A DNA stretch of 64,000 nucleotides from the IMG/VR virus record IMGVR_UViG_3300037189_025323, positions 1 through 64,000 of that record, one strand, 5' to 3'. Made by a program: the position numbers and the translations under genes. Each line of letters begins with the position of its first letter. Within the stretch, counting starts at the first letter, position 1. This stretch comes from an uncultured virus (IMG/VR IMGVR_UViG_3300037189_025323). Lineage: Duplodnaviria > Heunggongvirae > Uroviricota > Caudoviricetes. The notes beneath the pieces are model-generated. The model was given only the letters and a program-made list of their open reading frames with translations. It was not told the DNA's origin and searched no databases. Of this stretch, positions 37,466 through 47,821 are shown in pieces.

Positions 37466-38760
37466 CCCTTTAATTTTACATTACTACTTCTGCATTGGCG
37501 GAAGCTATAACCATAAGATTTTATCTTCTGACAAAACTCAATCCACATTCGATCACTCAATGAAGTAAAACCACCACAATCTAAAATTATTTTACGAGGA
37601 AATGCAACAACCCCGCCACTTAATTGCATAGGAGAATCATTCCCCACATGACAACCCACAATCCCAACATTGTTTTCAATCAAACAAGCCATCTCCTTTA
37701 ACCAAGAGCCAGCCAACGAAACCCGATCCTCAATCAAAACAATCAAATCACTGGATGTATTCATTAACACAGTATTTAATTCATTAACAGAAGAATCCCT
37801 GTAAACACAAAAGATCTCTTTAGAAGGCATATTCGATAAACAAGCAGTCAGCCTATCCCTCTCAAAATCATTCTCAACAATTAAAACAATTGAACATTGC
37901 TTTCTGTTCAAAATCGGATTGTAAATATTCTTTTGCTTAGGCAAGGAATTCCCAGAAAATTTATTCCTTATCTGCAAAATAGAATGCGCTTCTCTAATCC
38001 CTTTCGGCTTCCTTCCTTCTGCACGAACATAATACCTAAGGATATTTTGATCCAGACTCACATACCCATTATCACTCTGAGGCAAGGAATTCGGACACAA
38101 CAAACAAACCTCTTGCGCCCTATTAACCTTCAATGCTTCTGCTAAAGAAAAAATAAAAGATTGATTCCCTATAAACAATGAAGATCCAAGAAGTACCTGA
38201 CAAATATCAACATAAGAAGTCGGGACATAAAGAGGAATATCCAGTCCAGTCTTCTCTTTGAAATCATTATATTCTTCAGGGAAACCAATAAAAACTGAGT
38301 CTTTTTCCCACCCTCTTAACTCTTGCCATCTAAAAGGTCCAACATATCGACTGCTTCTATTAACAACAATCTTCCCAACCGTCTTTGGACTAAACCCTTT
38401 TAGCCATTGACAAGACAAATCACTTTCCACTCCAAAATATTTTAAATGACATTTAGCTAAATGTTCTACAACTAAATCATTTGCTTTTCTAAAATTATCC
38501 AAGTCGTATTTGACGGTTCTATTGTCATATTCTAAAACATCAGAAATGCCACATTGCCCAACCAACAAGTCTTTCATCCATCCAAGTTCTTGTTCACTCA
38601 ATGGTCTTCCAATGAAAGCATCTGAATCCCTCACTAGAAGCAATTTCCCGCCCCCAAGGGCAAGAATCGTAGGCAAGGAGTAGACAATATCCCCTCTTGC
38701 CCCTGAGTGCCTGAAAGTAGATTCTTCAAGGATTGGATTTTCCATCATAAGAAACTTCAC
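37459..38760 (-). CDS. GT9-like protein with degenerate GT2-like C-terminus
   Basis: FRHSGARGDIVYSLP and LFIGNQSF.FSLAEAL motifs. Confidence 0.6.
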   Translation of the reverse strand: MKFLMMENPILEESTFRHSGARGDIVYSLPTILALGGGKLLLVRDSDAFIGRPLSEQELGWMKDLLVGQCGISDVLEYDNRTVKYDLDNFRKANDLVVEHLAKCHLKYFGVESDLSCQWLKGFSPKTVGKIVVNRSSRYVGPFRWQELRGWEKDSVFIGFPEEYNDFKEKTGLDIPLYVPTSYVDICQVLLGSSLFIGNQSFIFSLAEALKVNRAQEVCLLCPNSLPQSDNGYVSLDQNILRYYVRAEGRKPKGIREAHSILQIRNKFSGNSLPKQKNIYNPILNRKQCSIVLIVENDFERDRLTACLSNMPSKEIFCVYRDSSVNELNTVLMNTSSDLIVLIEDRVSLAGSWLKEMACLIENNVGIVGCHVGNDSPMQLSGGVVAFPRKIILDCGGFTSLSDRMWIEFCQKIKSYGYSFRQCRSSNVKLKGC

Positions 38761-39142
38761 CCCTCAATATTGCCCGAGTTGACCACTTCCCTATTCTAGG
38801 AATAAAAGCAACTCGAATTTCCAAAGCCTGACACAGAACATACTCTGGGCAGTTAGTCCCATATTCTTCAGAAATACAATGAACATCAGGACGAATCATG
38901 TTTATTAAAGGACAAGCGTTTGCTTCATCAAAGACATAAACAGCTTTCACAAACCCAAGATCCATAATCTCATTCCGTCTCTCATCTTCTGGAATTGGAT
39001 TATATCCCTTCTTTGATTTAATGTATCTATCACTATTTATCCCAACAATAAGGGAATCACCTTGCCCTCTAGCAAATCCCAAATAAAATAAATGTCCCGA
39101 ATGCAAATGAGAAAAACAACCATTACAAAAAACAGTCTTCAT
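38726..39142 (-). CDS. Cytidylyl/adenylyltransferase (HldE domain II/TagD-like)
   Basis: NGCFSHLHSGH, LIVGINSD and ST motifs. Confidence 0.85.
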   Translation of the reverse strand: MKTVFCNGCFSHLHSGHLFYLGFARGQGDSLIVGINSDRYIKSKKGYNPIPEDERRNEIMDLGFVKAVYVFDEANACPLINMIRPDVHCISEEYGTNCPEYVLCQALEIRVAFIPRIGKWSTRAILRGEVSYDGKSNP

Positions 39143-40053
39143 GGTTTGGCTACAACCCCACTCACTCTCCGATACTTCTTTAATCCAAAAGTATCCAAAT
39201 AAATCACGTCACGTTTATTCCCAATCCCATAAACGTCTTTAGTTTGAGCATGACGAGATTTAGAAACTTCCCCAAGATCATCCCACAAACCACACAAAGA
39301 ACAAATACCGTCTTTTGATACCTTCTTATTGAAAAAACCTCTACTATTCAACAAGTCTATAAACTCATCTGAATAAAGGCCAATCTCCCCAAAGAAAGAA
39401 ATGAAATCAAAATTCAAACCAACATCAATTATCCTCATCTTGGAAATAAAATCATCATTAACCTCAGTAGTGTCATGCAAAAGAAGCCAGTAATCCCCAA
39501 ACATAGACGAAACAGCCGCCAAGGCACTTAATCCATCATGGTTCTCTTTAATGTAGACATAAGAAATTCCATCAATGATTGCCCGACTTGATTCTTTAGA
39601 CCCAGCAACAACCACCAAGATATCTTCCTTCGGGAAAGCAACCCTAGTCAAAGAACGCAATAGACGGGGAATCGTCTCTTTGATATAATCAACATGACTA
39701 GAGATACAAATCCTAAAATTACCAAGAGGCTTATACGGATAAAGAACTGCTCTCAAAAATCCAAGCTTCTGAGCTTCAAGAAATGATTCTCCAACCAAAA
39801 ACGATGATCCATTTCTAGCCTCAGCACCGTAAAAAGTGAAAAGTGGTTTTTTCCACTGATCATAAACAAACAAATTCCCTTTTAGAATTTCCCATTTACC
39901 AACCATATCCCCACTATAACTACCATCTTCTAAAAATCGGATTTTAGCCAGACGATCATATTTGGTAGACGGTAAAACATTACGAGCTAAAATCAATTCG
40001 GTTGAAATTAACTCGTTAAAAAAAGATTCAGTCAAGGGAACAGGAATATCCAT
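39139..40053 (-). CDS. Hypothetical protein with GT-A-like C-terminal domain
   Basis: YWLLLHDT motif, island context. Confidence 0.5.
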   Translation of the reverse strand: MDIPVPLTESFFNELISTELILARNVLPSTKYDRLAKIRFLEDGSYSGDMVGKWEILKGNLFVYDQWKKPLFTFYGAEARNGSSFLVGESFLEAQKLGFLRAVLYPYKPLGNFRICISSHVDYIKETIPRLLRSLTRVAFPKEDILVVVAGSKESSRAIIDGISYVYIKENHDGLSALAAVSSMFGDYWLLLHDTTEVNDDFISKMRIIDVGLNFDFISFFGEIGLYSDEFIDLLNSRGFFNKKVSKDGICSLCGLWDDLGEVSKSRHAQTKDVYGIGNKRDVIYLDTFGLKKYRRVSGVVAKP

Positions 40054-40065
40054 AACTTATTTACC

Positions 40066-40935
40066 TCAAAAGTCTAAATTGTGTTTCTTCCTAAGATATT
40101 CAATCATAAATTCATGATACCCATGCTCAAACTCCACCCCAGCAGCAGTCTTAACCGTCTGAGATCTTCCGCCCCACCAAACATGCCATGTCCAACCATT
40201 GTAATCACAATTCTTGGCAGAAAACCTACCATCAAAGGTTTCTGCATTAAAAGGAAATGTCTTGATTTCTTTCCCTTCATCCAAACAATCCCTTGTTAAT
40301 TGCTCTCCTGTATCTGTATTAGGCCAATTATCCAAGAAAGAATGATTCTTTAACCAATCAGTCCACCCAAACAAATAAGAAGGACACACATAGTCTTTCG
40401 TAATCCGACCATATCCCCGGCTAATACCAGAAAGCATAACCTTATCATTTAAATAAAAAGCAGGACTCAACCATTCAGGACTAACAGGGAAAGCATCAGA
40501 ACATAAAGTACAAGTAATAGGATACTTGGCTACATGCCTAACTAAATAATTTAAAACAGAACCATGGCGAAAATGCTCTCCCCGATCATTTTTAATCACT
40601 TTTAAACCCTGATCCTGCAACCACTCAACAGAACCATCATCCGAGCCATTATCAAAAAAGATAATCTCATAAGGAATAAATTTTGTAAACTCTCTGATAT
40701 TCTTTACCGCAATCTTGTTATAGAACAAAACATTATAGGTAAGAATACAAATGGAAACCCCAACTATTGGAGACAACCCCGAATGAGGACCTTGGACAAC
40801 AAATTTCTGCTTTAATGTCTTAAGCTCTTCAAGCCAAGTCGCAATCTGAGCATTCTCAGAAGAAGATCCTGGTAAAGTCTGAGAACATAAGTTTGCTATG
40901 TCTTTAAACTTTTTAATTGAGTCATCTAATTCCAT
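40066..40935 (-). CDS. GT2-like glycosyltransferase
   Basis: VSICILTYN, FDNGSDDGS, SDAFP and DTG motifs. Confidence 0.75.
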   Translation of the reverse strand: MELDDSIKKFKDIANLCSQTLPGSSSENAQIATWLEELKTLKQKFVVQGPHSGLSPIVGVSICILTYNVLFYNKIAVKNIREFTKFIPYEIIFFDNGSDDGSVEWLQDQGLKVIKNDRGEHFRHGSVLNYLVRHVAKYPITCTLCSDAFPVSPEWLSPAFYLNDKVMLSGISRGYGRITKDYVCPSYLFGWTDWLKNHSFLDNWPNTDTGEQLTRDCLDEGKEIKTFPFNAETFDGRFSAKNCDYNGWTWHVWWGGRSQTVKTAAGVEFEHGYHEFMIEYLRKKHNLDF

Positions 40936-40944
40936 CTATACACC

Positions 40945-41853
40945 TCAAGGATTAAAAAGCCTATCATTGACTTCAAGGAATTTTACCATTTCAGCATACA
41001 TAATCCTCATCTTGAAGTCAGCAATCTCCTCTTCCCTATCCAGCTTAAATTTATGACTTAAAGAATCATCCAAAAGCCAATCTGCACTTTTATTTTCCAA
41101 AACTTTCCTGCAAGCATCAGAAAACATATCGTCTCTATCAATTTTATACCCAGTTAATGTTTGGGTGGCTCCACCATAATGGAAAACCTTGTCTCCATAA
41201 ACCAAACAAACATGCCTGTTAAATTCTGGATTAAAATCAACCCCATCATTCGCCTTACAGCAACGGGTTAGCTTAAATCCAGTAACCGGAAGACCTAACT
41301 CATGTGCCTTACAAGGAACCATAAACCCCGTGTCATCATTGGCCATATAATCAATGTTGTTATCATAAACAAAAGAAAGCTTAGTTAACTGACAAGCAAC
41401 ATGTGTATTGTTCCAACAATGTTTTTCCCGGATTCTCCTCTCAATATTACCCTTCATAACACCAATGGGAATTGGTTGCCAAGGATACAAAATCCCAGCA
41501 ACCCCAGCCCCATTCTTAAGCATCTTAATTAGATCATCCAACCAACCACTCGCTACGGGGAAACAATCCGAATCTAAAGTCAAAAGATAATCGCCACTCA
41601 TCTTCTCTTTTAAAGCCTGATTCAATAGAGTTCCATGGATAAAACTTCCCCGAAGTCCATCCTGAACTCCATATCCATAAACACTAACAGGAAACTTTGA
41701 AATCAAATCCTCAATATCAAGAGGCAAAGCTTTGTCATAAATAATACGAAAATCAATTTGATCTTTGTCTGTATATTTAAATACACTTTCAAGACAAGAT
41801 TGGAAAACATCCCTAGTCCCTGGACGATAAGCCGCTAAAATTACAACACCCAT
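40945..41853 (-). CDS. GT-A glycosyltransferase-like protein, paralog A
   Basis: HG.LL, TLDSDCFPV..GWL, THVACQL and DDTG motifs. Confidence 0.7.
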   Translation of the reverse strand: MGVVILAAYRPGTRDVFQSCLESVFKYTDKDQIDFRIIYDKALPLDIEDLISKFPVSVYGYGVQDGLRGSFIHGTLLNQALKEKMSGDYLLTLDSDCFPVASGWLDDLIKMLKNGAGVAGILYPWQPIPIGVMKGNIERRIREKHCWNNTHVACQLTKLSFVYDNNIDYMANDDTGFMVPCKAHELGLPVTGFKLTRCCKANDGVDFNPEFNRHVCLVYGDKVFHYGGATQTLTGYKIDRDDMFSDACRKVLENKSADWLLDDSLSHKFKLDREEEIADFKMRIMYAEMVKFLEVNDRLFNP

Positions 41854-41991
41854 AAAATCTTCTCTCCTTTAAAATCACAATCATACCTTCAACTTCAAAT
41901 AAAATATTTTTCATCCTTAAAATCTTAAGAGAGGAAAAAGAATACCTACCTTCAAGAAATGATTTATACAACGATGCACAGTAAGAATACT

Positions 41992-42906
41992 TCACCCAGC
42001 CAACCTCTTACTGGACAAACCAAACAGTCTCTCCATCTTTTCCTTAGCAACGTCCTCTTCTCTATCAAGTTTGAATTTATAACAGAACCGATCATTCAAT
42101 AGAAACTCTGCACCTCTTCCCCATAACACCAAATCCTCACACCATGTAAAACTCTTGCCAAAAACTCTTTCATCATCTGTAGTCCTAACCCGACTAAATC
42201 CACCATGATGATAAACCTTATCCCCAAAAACCAAACACACATACCTATTAAATTCAGGGTCTAAATCCCCTTCCCAGACCTTAGGGCAACGAGTAACCTT
42301 AAACCCGTCTATAATGCCACCCATCTCTTTTACCATCTTAGGAATCAACAATCCAGTGTCATCCCCACCATTAAATCGACAACCATTAGCATGCAATTCC
42401 AAATAATCTTTAGTCCTCATCAATTGACAAGCAACATGAGTCCTTTCCCAACAATGTTGAGATCTTACCCTGTATTCAATCTTATTTGTAGCAACCCCAA
42501 CAGGAGGAGCCCAAGGATGAAGAATCCCAGCAACCTTAGCTCCATTCTCAAGCATCTTAATTAAATCACTTAACCAACCATCTGCTACGGGGAAACAATC
42601 TGAATCCAAAGTCAAAAAATATTCGCTATCAATCCGATTAGGAATAATAGCATCAAGCATTTTTCCATGAGTCTTACTAGTCGCCTCCTCTACACCCATA
42701 GGAAGACCAATAACCTTTAATGCTTTTACAGAAACAATATCTTTCAAAATAGGCATCGGATTAAGATTTGACTCACAAGGCAATAAGCTTACAAGCATAA
42801 CGTCATAATCAACATCTTTCGTATGCTTACCGATGCTCTTCAAGCAAGCAGTAATCATATCTTCAGTGCCATGACGCCAACACACCACAATTGAAACTTT
42901 ACTCAT
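41992..42906 (-). CDS. GT-A glycosyltransferase-like protein, paralog B
   Basis: Same motifs as 40945-41853, consistent with tandem duplication. Confidence 0.7.
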   Translation of the reverse strand: MSKVSIVVCWRHGTEDMITACLKSIGKHTKDVDYDVMLVSLLPCESNLNPMPILKDIVSVKALKVIGLPMGVEEATSKTHGKMLDAIIPNRIDSEYFLTLDSDCFPVADGWLSDLIKMLENGAKVAGILHPWAPPVGVATNKIEYRVRSQHCWERTHVACQLMRTKDYLELHANGCRFNGGDDTGLLIPKMVKEMGGIIDGFKVTRCPKVWEGDLDPEFNRYVCLVFGDKVYHHGGFSRVRTTDDERVFGKSFTWCEDLVLWGRGAEFLLNDRFCYKFKLDREEDVAKEKMERLFGLSSKRLAG

Positions 42907-42935
42907 AATACTTATCGCCTTGTGATTGTCACAAA

Positions 42936-43265
42936 TTACATCTCAATTTCGTGACTAGGGCGAGAAGCACCCTTGTCAGAATAATGCTTCTCAAAAAGAT
43001 TCGCCTGAGCCGAAGTCAAGACAACAGTAACCCCACGCTTGATATCGTTCTGCACTCGCTCAGGGCAATCTGTAACAAGATACCCAGGACGAGCAGCAGG
43101 ACCAGTCCCCCCAAACATCGAGAAACGAATACCATCATCTTTCTTGCAGAATGGGCATTTAAGCCCAACCTCTACAACTTTATAAACACACTCTCCGAAA
43201 ACATCATCCTTAGTCGTTGTCTTAACCTTGATCGCATCGCCAACCTTCAACATACTTACCTCCAT
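42936..43265 (-). CDS. Small hypothetical protein (CPFC)
   Basis: Abuts the dnaE stop. Confidence 0.6.
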   Translation of the reverse strand: MEVSMLKVGDAIKVKTTTKDDVFGECVYKVVEVGLKCPFCKKDDGIRFSMFGGTGPAARPGYLVTDCPERVQNDIKRGVTVVLTSAQANLFEKHYSDKGASRPSHEIEM

Positions 43266-46200
43266 TTACTTTTTCTCTACCATGTCACCATCCCGATCAA
43301 CATCAAAGAACCTAACGTCACCACCATCCTGAAACTTATTGATCGGAATAGCAACAATATCTCCTGTCTTATATTCCATCTGAAACCGATTCATTCCACC
43401 ACCAAACACATAAAACCTCAAAGAATCCAAGTCATCAGAAATCTCAATAACAAGCTGCTGATTTCCCTTCTTAGATGTAGTCTGACGAATACTCTGAACC
43501 CGTCCAAACACCTTTGTCCTACCCCGTTCTTTTACCATGTTAATAGGACACCAACGATTCTTCTCTATCAGCTTCTCATATTTCCATCTAATCGGATCAA
43601 CAGAAAGACAAACCCCAATCATCTCCTCTTCTTTCTCACACCATTGTTTATCTGTCCCTTGGAAATATTCAGCCTTCTTATCCTTCCTACATTCATAATA
43701 CTGACGCATAACATCATTTCTTGAACCAAAACAGTCAAATGCTCCAGCAGCAATTAAACTCTCAACAACCCTTTTGTTTAACCGCCTCTTTGTAGTCTTG
43801 CCTGTCTTTTCAGAAACACTTTCCTCTGCTGCTCTTTCATAAAAATCAGCCATATCAACATAAGGTTGATTCTTTATGACAACATCAGCAGCACTAGCCA
43901 CATTCCTAATATGACCAAGAGAAAAACGAATCTTGTCAATCTCAATCGTAAACTGCTCTTTACTATTATTAACATCGGGTCCTAAAACAGGGAATCCTCT
44001 CTTTCGAGCATAGTTGATGTAATAAGGAAACATCTCAACACCAAACTTCTTCTTACCTTGATCTGTGTTGTTAATCAAAGCAGTTACAAACTCCAATGGG
44101 TAATTATACTTCAACCACAATTCGGCACAAGTCATTGCAGCATAAGATACTGCATGGCTCTTGTTGAAACCATATTTTGCAAAACTTTCGATTTTACGAA
44201 AAACTGTTTCAACTTCTTCTTGGGTTGCAGAACCCTCACTTATTGCCTTTTGAGCACCTTTCATAAACTTGACTTTCAAATCAGCAATAACTTCTTTCTT
44301 TTTCTTACCCATACCTTTCCGAAGCTTATTAGCCTCAGCCATTGAAAAGCCAGCTAATTCACGGGCAATTTTCATAACTTGCTCTTGGTAGACCATAATC
44401 CCATGAGTATCCGAAAGCATAGACCTCAAAACTTCAACCTCATCATATGGCTCTCCTCTCTTCCGCCTTGCATACTCCATATCCATGCCCATGTCCTTAG
44501 GACCAGGACGAATCAATGAAGTAATTGCAGCCACATCATTTAAACAATCCATACCTACAGCTTCGACTACCGGCTTTACCCCTGGATTCTCAAATTGAAA
44601 GATCCCAATCAAATCCCGCTTAGACCCCATCTTGATAGACTCTTGATCATCAATGGGGATTTCCCATCTGGCTATCTCTTTATTCTGAGTCCTTTTGATT
44701 AAACCAATCGTATCAGAAATAACACTCAAATTGTTTAACCCAAGAATATCAAACTTCACCAAGCCTACGCTACTCAACTCAGAAACATTACCAGACTCAT
44801 TCCAGCAAGAAACAACCTTGCCTTTTTTGTCTTCAAAAACGGGAATCCTATCCCTCAAGTCCAAATCACTAATAATCACTCCACCCGCATGTGTACTTAC
44901 ATGCTTAACTTGATTACGAAGAATCCTTGCATGAAACAAAACCTCTGGATGCTTCTCAAAATACAATTTGAGATCCTGGAACTGTTCTATTAGTTCATCA
45001 AAATCAACCTTATCAATGCTAAAATCCTCATCGTCTCCCTCGTCATTCTCAACTGAAACAGTCATTTCCAAACTCTTAGTCAATTCTTGAGCCTCGTGAT
45101 AATCCAAAGCCAATGCGCGAGCAATGTCAAGAATAACAGCACGAGTCTTATATGTTCCATAAGTACCAATGGAACATGTGTTGTTTTGCCCAAAGGTTTT
45201 AACAACATATTCCTTTACCCAGTCCCGACAACGAGGATCAAAATCAGAGTCAATATCCGGTGGATCTGAACGGCTTTCATCCAGGAATCGTTCAAAAAGC
45301 AATCCATATTTCAATGGATCACAATCAGTTAAGCCCAAACACCAAGACACCAAACACCCAGCCGCCGAACCTCTACCATACCCAACAGAAAATTCCCCAT
45401 ATTTCTCTTTTGTAGCAGAAATGATTTTCTCCATAACCAGAAAATAATCTGCCCACCCAAGACGGGTAATCACTTCAAACTCATACCGAACACGATCCAT
45501 GTACTCCTGTTTATTTGGCTTCAAGTGCAAACCAAGAAACTTAAACCCAACATTAATCTTCTCTTTAAGAATCTGCTTACTATCAGGATAAAGTCTTGGA
45601 AGTTTAATCGTTGAATCCAAAACAATGTCTTCAATAGAAAGAGCTATCTTCCTAGTGTTATCCATTGCCTTATAAAAAACATCTTCAGTGAAAACATCAT
45701 CCAAAAACGGTAAATGCTTTGTCCCATTTTTGGTTGTAAAGCCACCCCGAAATACATCTTCCATTTGCTCTGCATTTCTGTAGAACAAATTCTTTACCTC
45801 AAAATCCCAAACATCCTCATCAACCTCCTTAACATCAGCAATCGTTTTCTTTTGCCGAATATACATCAGGAGGCTGTGTGTATCAGAATGAGAAGAATCT
45901 AGATAATGGGAGTCGCAGGCAAGAACAAGCTCAATCCCTACCTTTTGAGAAAACTCAATCAACCGCCTATTGATCTCTCGCTGTTCAGGCATTTCGATTA
46001 TCTGAAGCTCTAGATAAAATTGATCAAAACATTCCTTATAAAGCTTTGCAATTTGCTCAGCTTTCTCATAGTCATTCTGCATTAAGGCTCTTGGAATTTC
46101 CCCCGCAGCACAACTACTTGTGGCAATAATTCCCTTGCCCCATTTCTTAAATGCCTCCCAGTCACAACGAGGAGAGTAATAAAACCCATTTAACTGGGCA

Positions 46201-46841
46201 TCATTGTGAATCCGTATCAGATTATCAAACCCCTCTTTGGTCTTAGCCAAAAGAATTAAGTGATTAGCTGAACGGTGTTTTTTCTTTTCTTCAGCATCGT
46301 CTCCTCTATAGTTCTCTACATAAGCCTCCATCCCGAAAAGACACTTCAAACCCAAAGCCTTACAAGTGTTATACTGCTTAATCCAACCACCAATAGACCC
46401 ATGATTAGTAACAGCAAGAAAGGAACGGCGCTGAGCCTTCAAGAGGTCCCCTAGCTGATTCACAGAACCAAGTCCATCTTGCAAGCTGAATTCATCATGA
46501 TGATGAAGACCAACATACCGATCTGCAACAGCCAGATTAACTCTCTTCTTCAAAGAATCATCTGGGGCAATACCATCTGGGAGAAATGGGAAGCGTCGAG
46601 TAAACTGCTGGCCAATTTGAATGACCAATTTAGGCTGAATAGCCATAATCTCATCCAAGAGAGAAAGATTCTCTTTTGGCCAAGTTACGTTTACTTCAAA
46701 CTTAGAGACACCCAAGGAAGAAAGAATGGGATTTACATCAACGTCCTTTGACGAAACAACAATGACAACATTTTTCAGTGAACCTACTCGCTCTTTGTCT
46801 GAGACATTGGCAATTGAATACAATTCTTTGAGAGAGGACAT
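43266..46841 (-). CDS. dnaE: DNA polymerase III alpha subunit (family C) with N-terminal extension
   Basis: PHP domain (LHHHDEFSLQDG, DSHY), GRGSAAG, PDIDSDF, HAGG, KFDILGL, FAKYGFNKSHAVSY and a C-terminal OB fold. Confidence 0.95.
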   Translation of the reverse strand: MSSLKELYSIANVSDKERVGSLKNVVIVVSSKDVDVNPILSSLGVSKFEVNVTWPKENLSLLDEIMAIQPKLVIQIGQQFTRRFPFLPDGIAPDDSLKKRVNLAVADRYVGLHHHDEFSLQDGLGSVNQLGDLLKAQRRSFLAVTNHGSIGGWIKQYNTCKALGLKCLFGMEAYVENYRGDDAEEKKKHRSANHLILLAKTKEGFDNLIRIHNDAQLNGFYYSPRCDWEAFKKWGKGIIATSSCAAGEIPRALMQNDYEKAEQIAKLYKECFDQFYLELQIIEMPEQREINRRLIEFSQKVGIELVLACDSHYLDSSHSDTHSLLMYIRQKKTIADVKEVDEDVWDFEVKNLFYRNAEQMEDVFRGGFTTKNGTKHLPFLDDVFTEDVFYKAMDNTRKIALSIEDIVLDSTIKLPRLYPDSKQILKEKINVGFKFLGLHLKPNKQEYMDRVRYEFEVITRLGWADYFLVMEKIISATKEKYGEFSVGYGRGSAAGCLVSWCLGLTDCDPLKYGLLFERFLDESRSDPPDIDSDFDPRCRDWVKEYVVKTFGQNNTCSIGTYGTYKTRAVILDIARALALDYHEAQELTKSLEMTVSVENDEGDDEDFSIDKVDFDELIEQFQDLKLYFEKHPEVLFHARILRNQVKHVSTHAGGVIISDLDLRDRIPVFEDKKGKVVSCWNESGNVSELSSVGLVKFDILGLNNLSVISDTIGLIKRTQNKEIARWEIPIDDQESIKMGSKRDLIGIFQFENPGVKPVVEAVGMDCLNDVAAITSLIRPGPKDMGMDMEYARRKRGEPYDEVEVLRSMLSDTHGIMVYQEQVMKIARELAGFSMAEANKLRKGMGKKKKEVIADLKVKFMKGAQKAISEGSATQEEVETVFRKIESFAKYGFNKSHAVSYAAMTCAELWLKYNYPLEFVTALINNTDQGKKKFGVEMFPYYINYARKRGFPVLGPDVNNSKEQFTIEIDKIRFSLGHIRNVASAADVVIKNQPYVDMADFYERAAEESVSEKTGKTTKRRLNKRVVESLIAAGAFDCFGSRNDVMRQYYECRKDKKAEYFQGTDKQWCEKEEEMIGVCLSVDPIRWKYEKLIEKNRWCPINMVKERGRTKVFGRVQSIRQTTSKKGNQQLVIEISDDLDSLRFYVFGGGMNRFQMEYKTGDIVAIPINKFQDGGDVRFFDVDRDGDMVEKK

Positions 46842-47821
46842 AGAATCTCCTTGTGATAGCCCGAAGAAACTTCATACATCTTATTATATCGGTAAACGGA
46901 CAAACTACCCTGGAATCCCTCAGAAATTTCTCCAGAACAGACATAGCCCAATTTCGTCAATGCTCCATAAAACTTCATGAAAACGCCAACCCCAAAAAGG
47001 GAATCATTAGCAACAAAAATCCTTGCCCTTTTTCCTTGGCAATCCGTCTTCCTCCTAAAATCATCAGGCACTACAACGTCAACAGGTACCGTCTTCGCAG
47101 CATAATTCTTTAAAGATATCGGAACCAGAGGCAAAAGATCATCAACAATGTCTTCATTTAAGATATAAACGGTTTCTGGCGAAATCGGCTTATTGCTCAA
47201 GCCTCTTCCATAAAAAGGAGACAAGCCCAACCCCGTAAACATTTCATTGTAAACAACAACGTCTTTAGAAACTGAAAAAGCCATCTTCCCGAAAGCGTCA
47301 TTCTCCATACTCTCTTCATACGGATAGCAATAAGACCCTTCAATATCTCCAGTCACAGGATTAGAGAAACTTATCCTTCTTGGATATTCTTTCCCCTGCT
47401 TAATAAGTTCATTGGCCAAAAATCCAAAGGATGGAAGCTCTTCTACAACGGGACAGACATAAAGAGGATTATTAGGGAAATGATTACAAACAACAGAAAC
47501 CAAATAACTATCTGCTACGCTAGGTCCACACACGATAATCAATTCAGTTGGATGTACAACAAAGTTATCTATTACTGCACAACAAATACCTTCTTCCCCC
47601 AAGCAACACCAAAAAGGAAAAGACCCATCCTTGGAAAGCCAAATTACCTTTACTGGCTTTCTATTGCCAGAAAGGAAATAAGCTCCCCTCAGTGAGTCTA
47701 AAACTCTATTCTGTATGAGAAAAGAATTGCCGGAAGGGGGATTAACCCTTCCGGCAAATTTGAACTCTTTTTCCCATACGAACAGATAACCCTTTACAGG
47801 ATCATGTCCGTACAGAACCAT
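46784..47821 (-). CDS. Hypothetical protein
   Basis: 345-aa ORF coupled to the upstream gene. No motif recognised. Confidence 0.6.
   Translation of the reverse strand: MVLYGHDPVKGYLFVWEKEFKFAGRVNPPSGNSFLIQNRVLDSLRGAYFLSGNRKPVKVIWLSKDGSFPFWCCLGEEGICCAVIDNFVVHPTELIIVCGPSVADSYLVSVVCNHFPNNPLYVCPVVEELPSFGFLANELIKQGKEYPRRISFSNPVTGDIEGSYCYPYEESMENDAFGKMAFSVSKDVVVYNEMFTGLGLSPFYGRGLSNKPISPETVYILNEDIVDDLLPLVPISLKNYAAKTVPVDVVVPDDFRRKTDCQGKRARIFVANDSLFGVGVFMKFYGALTKLGYVCSGEISEGFQGSLSVYRYNKMYEVSSGYHKEILCPLSKNCIQLPMSQTKSE

Noticed and set aside
41813..41995. 60-aa ORF between the duplicated GT-A genes
   Set aside because: No motif and a 41-nt overlap with the next gene. It may be real, but I cannot support it.
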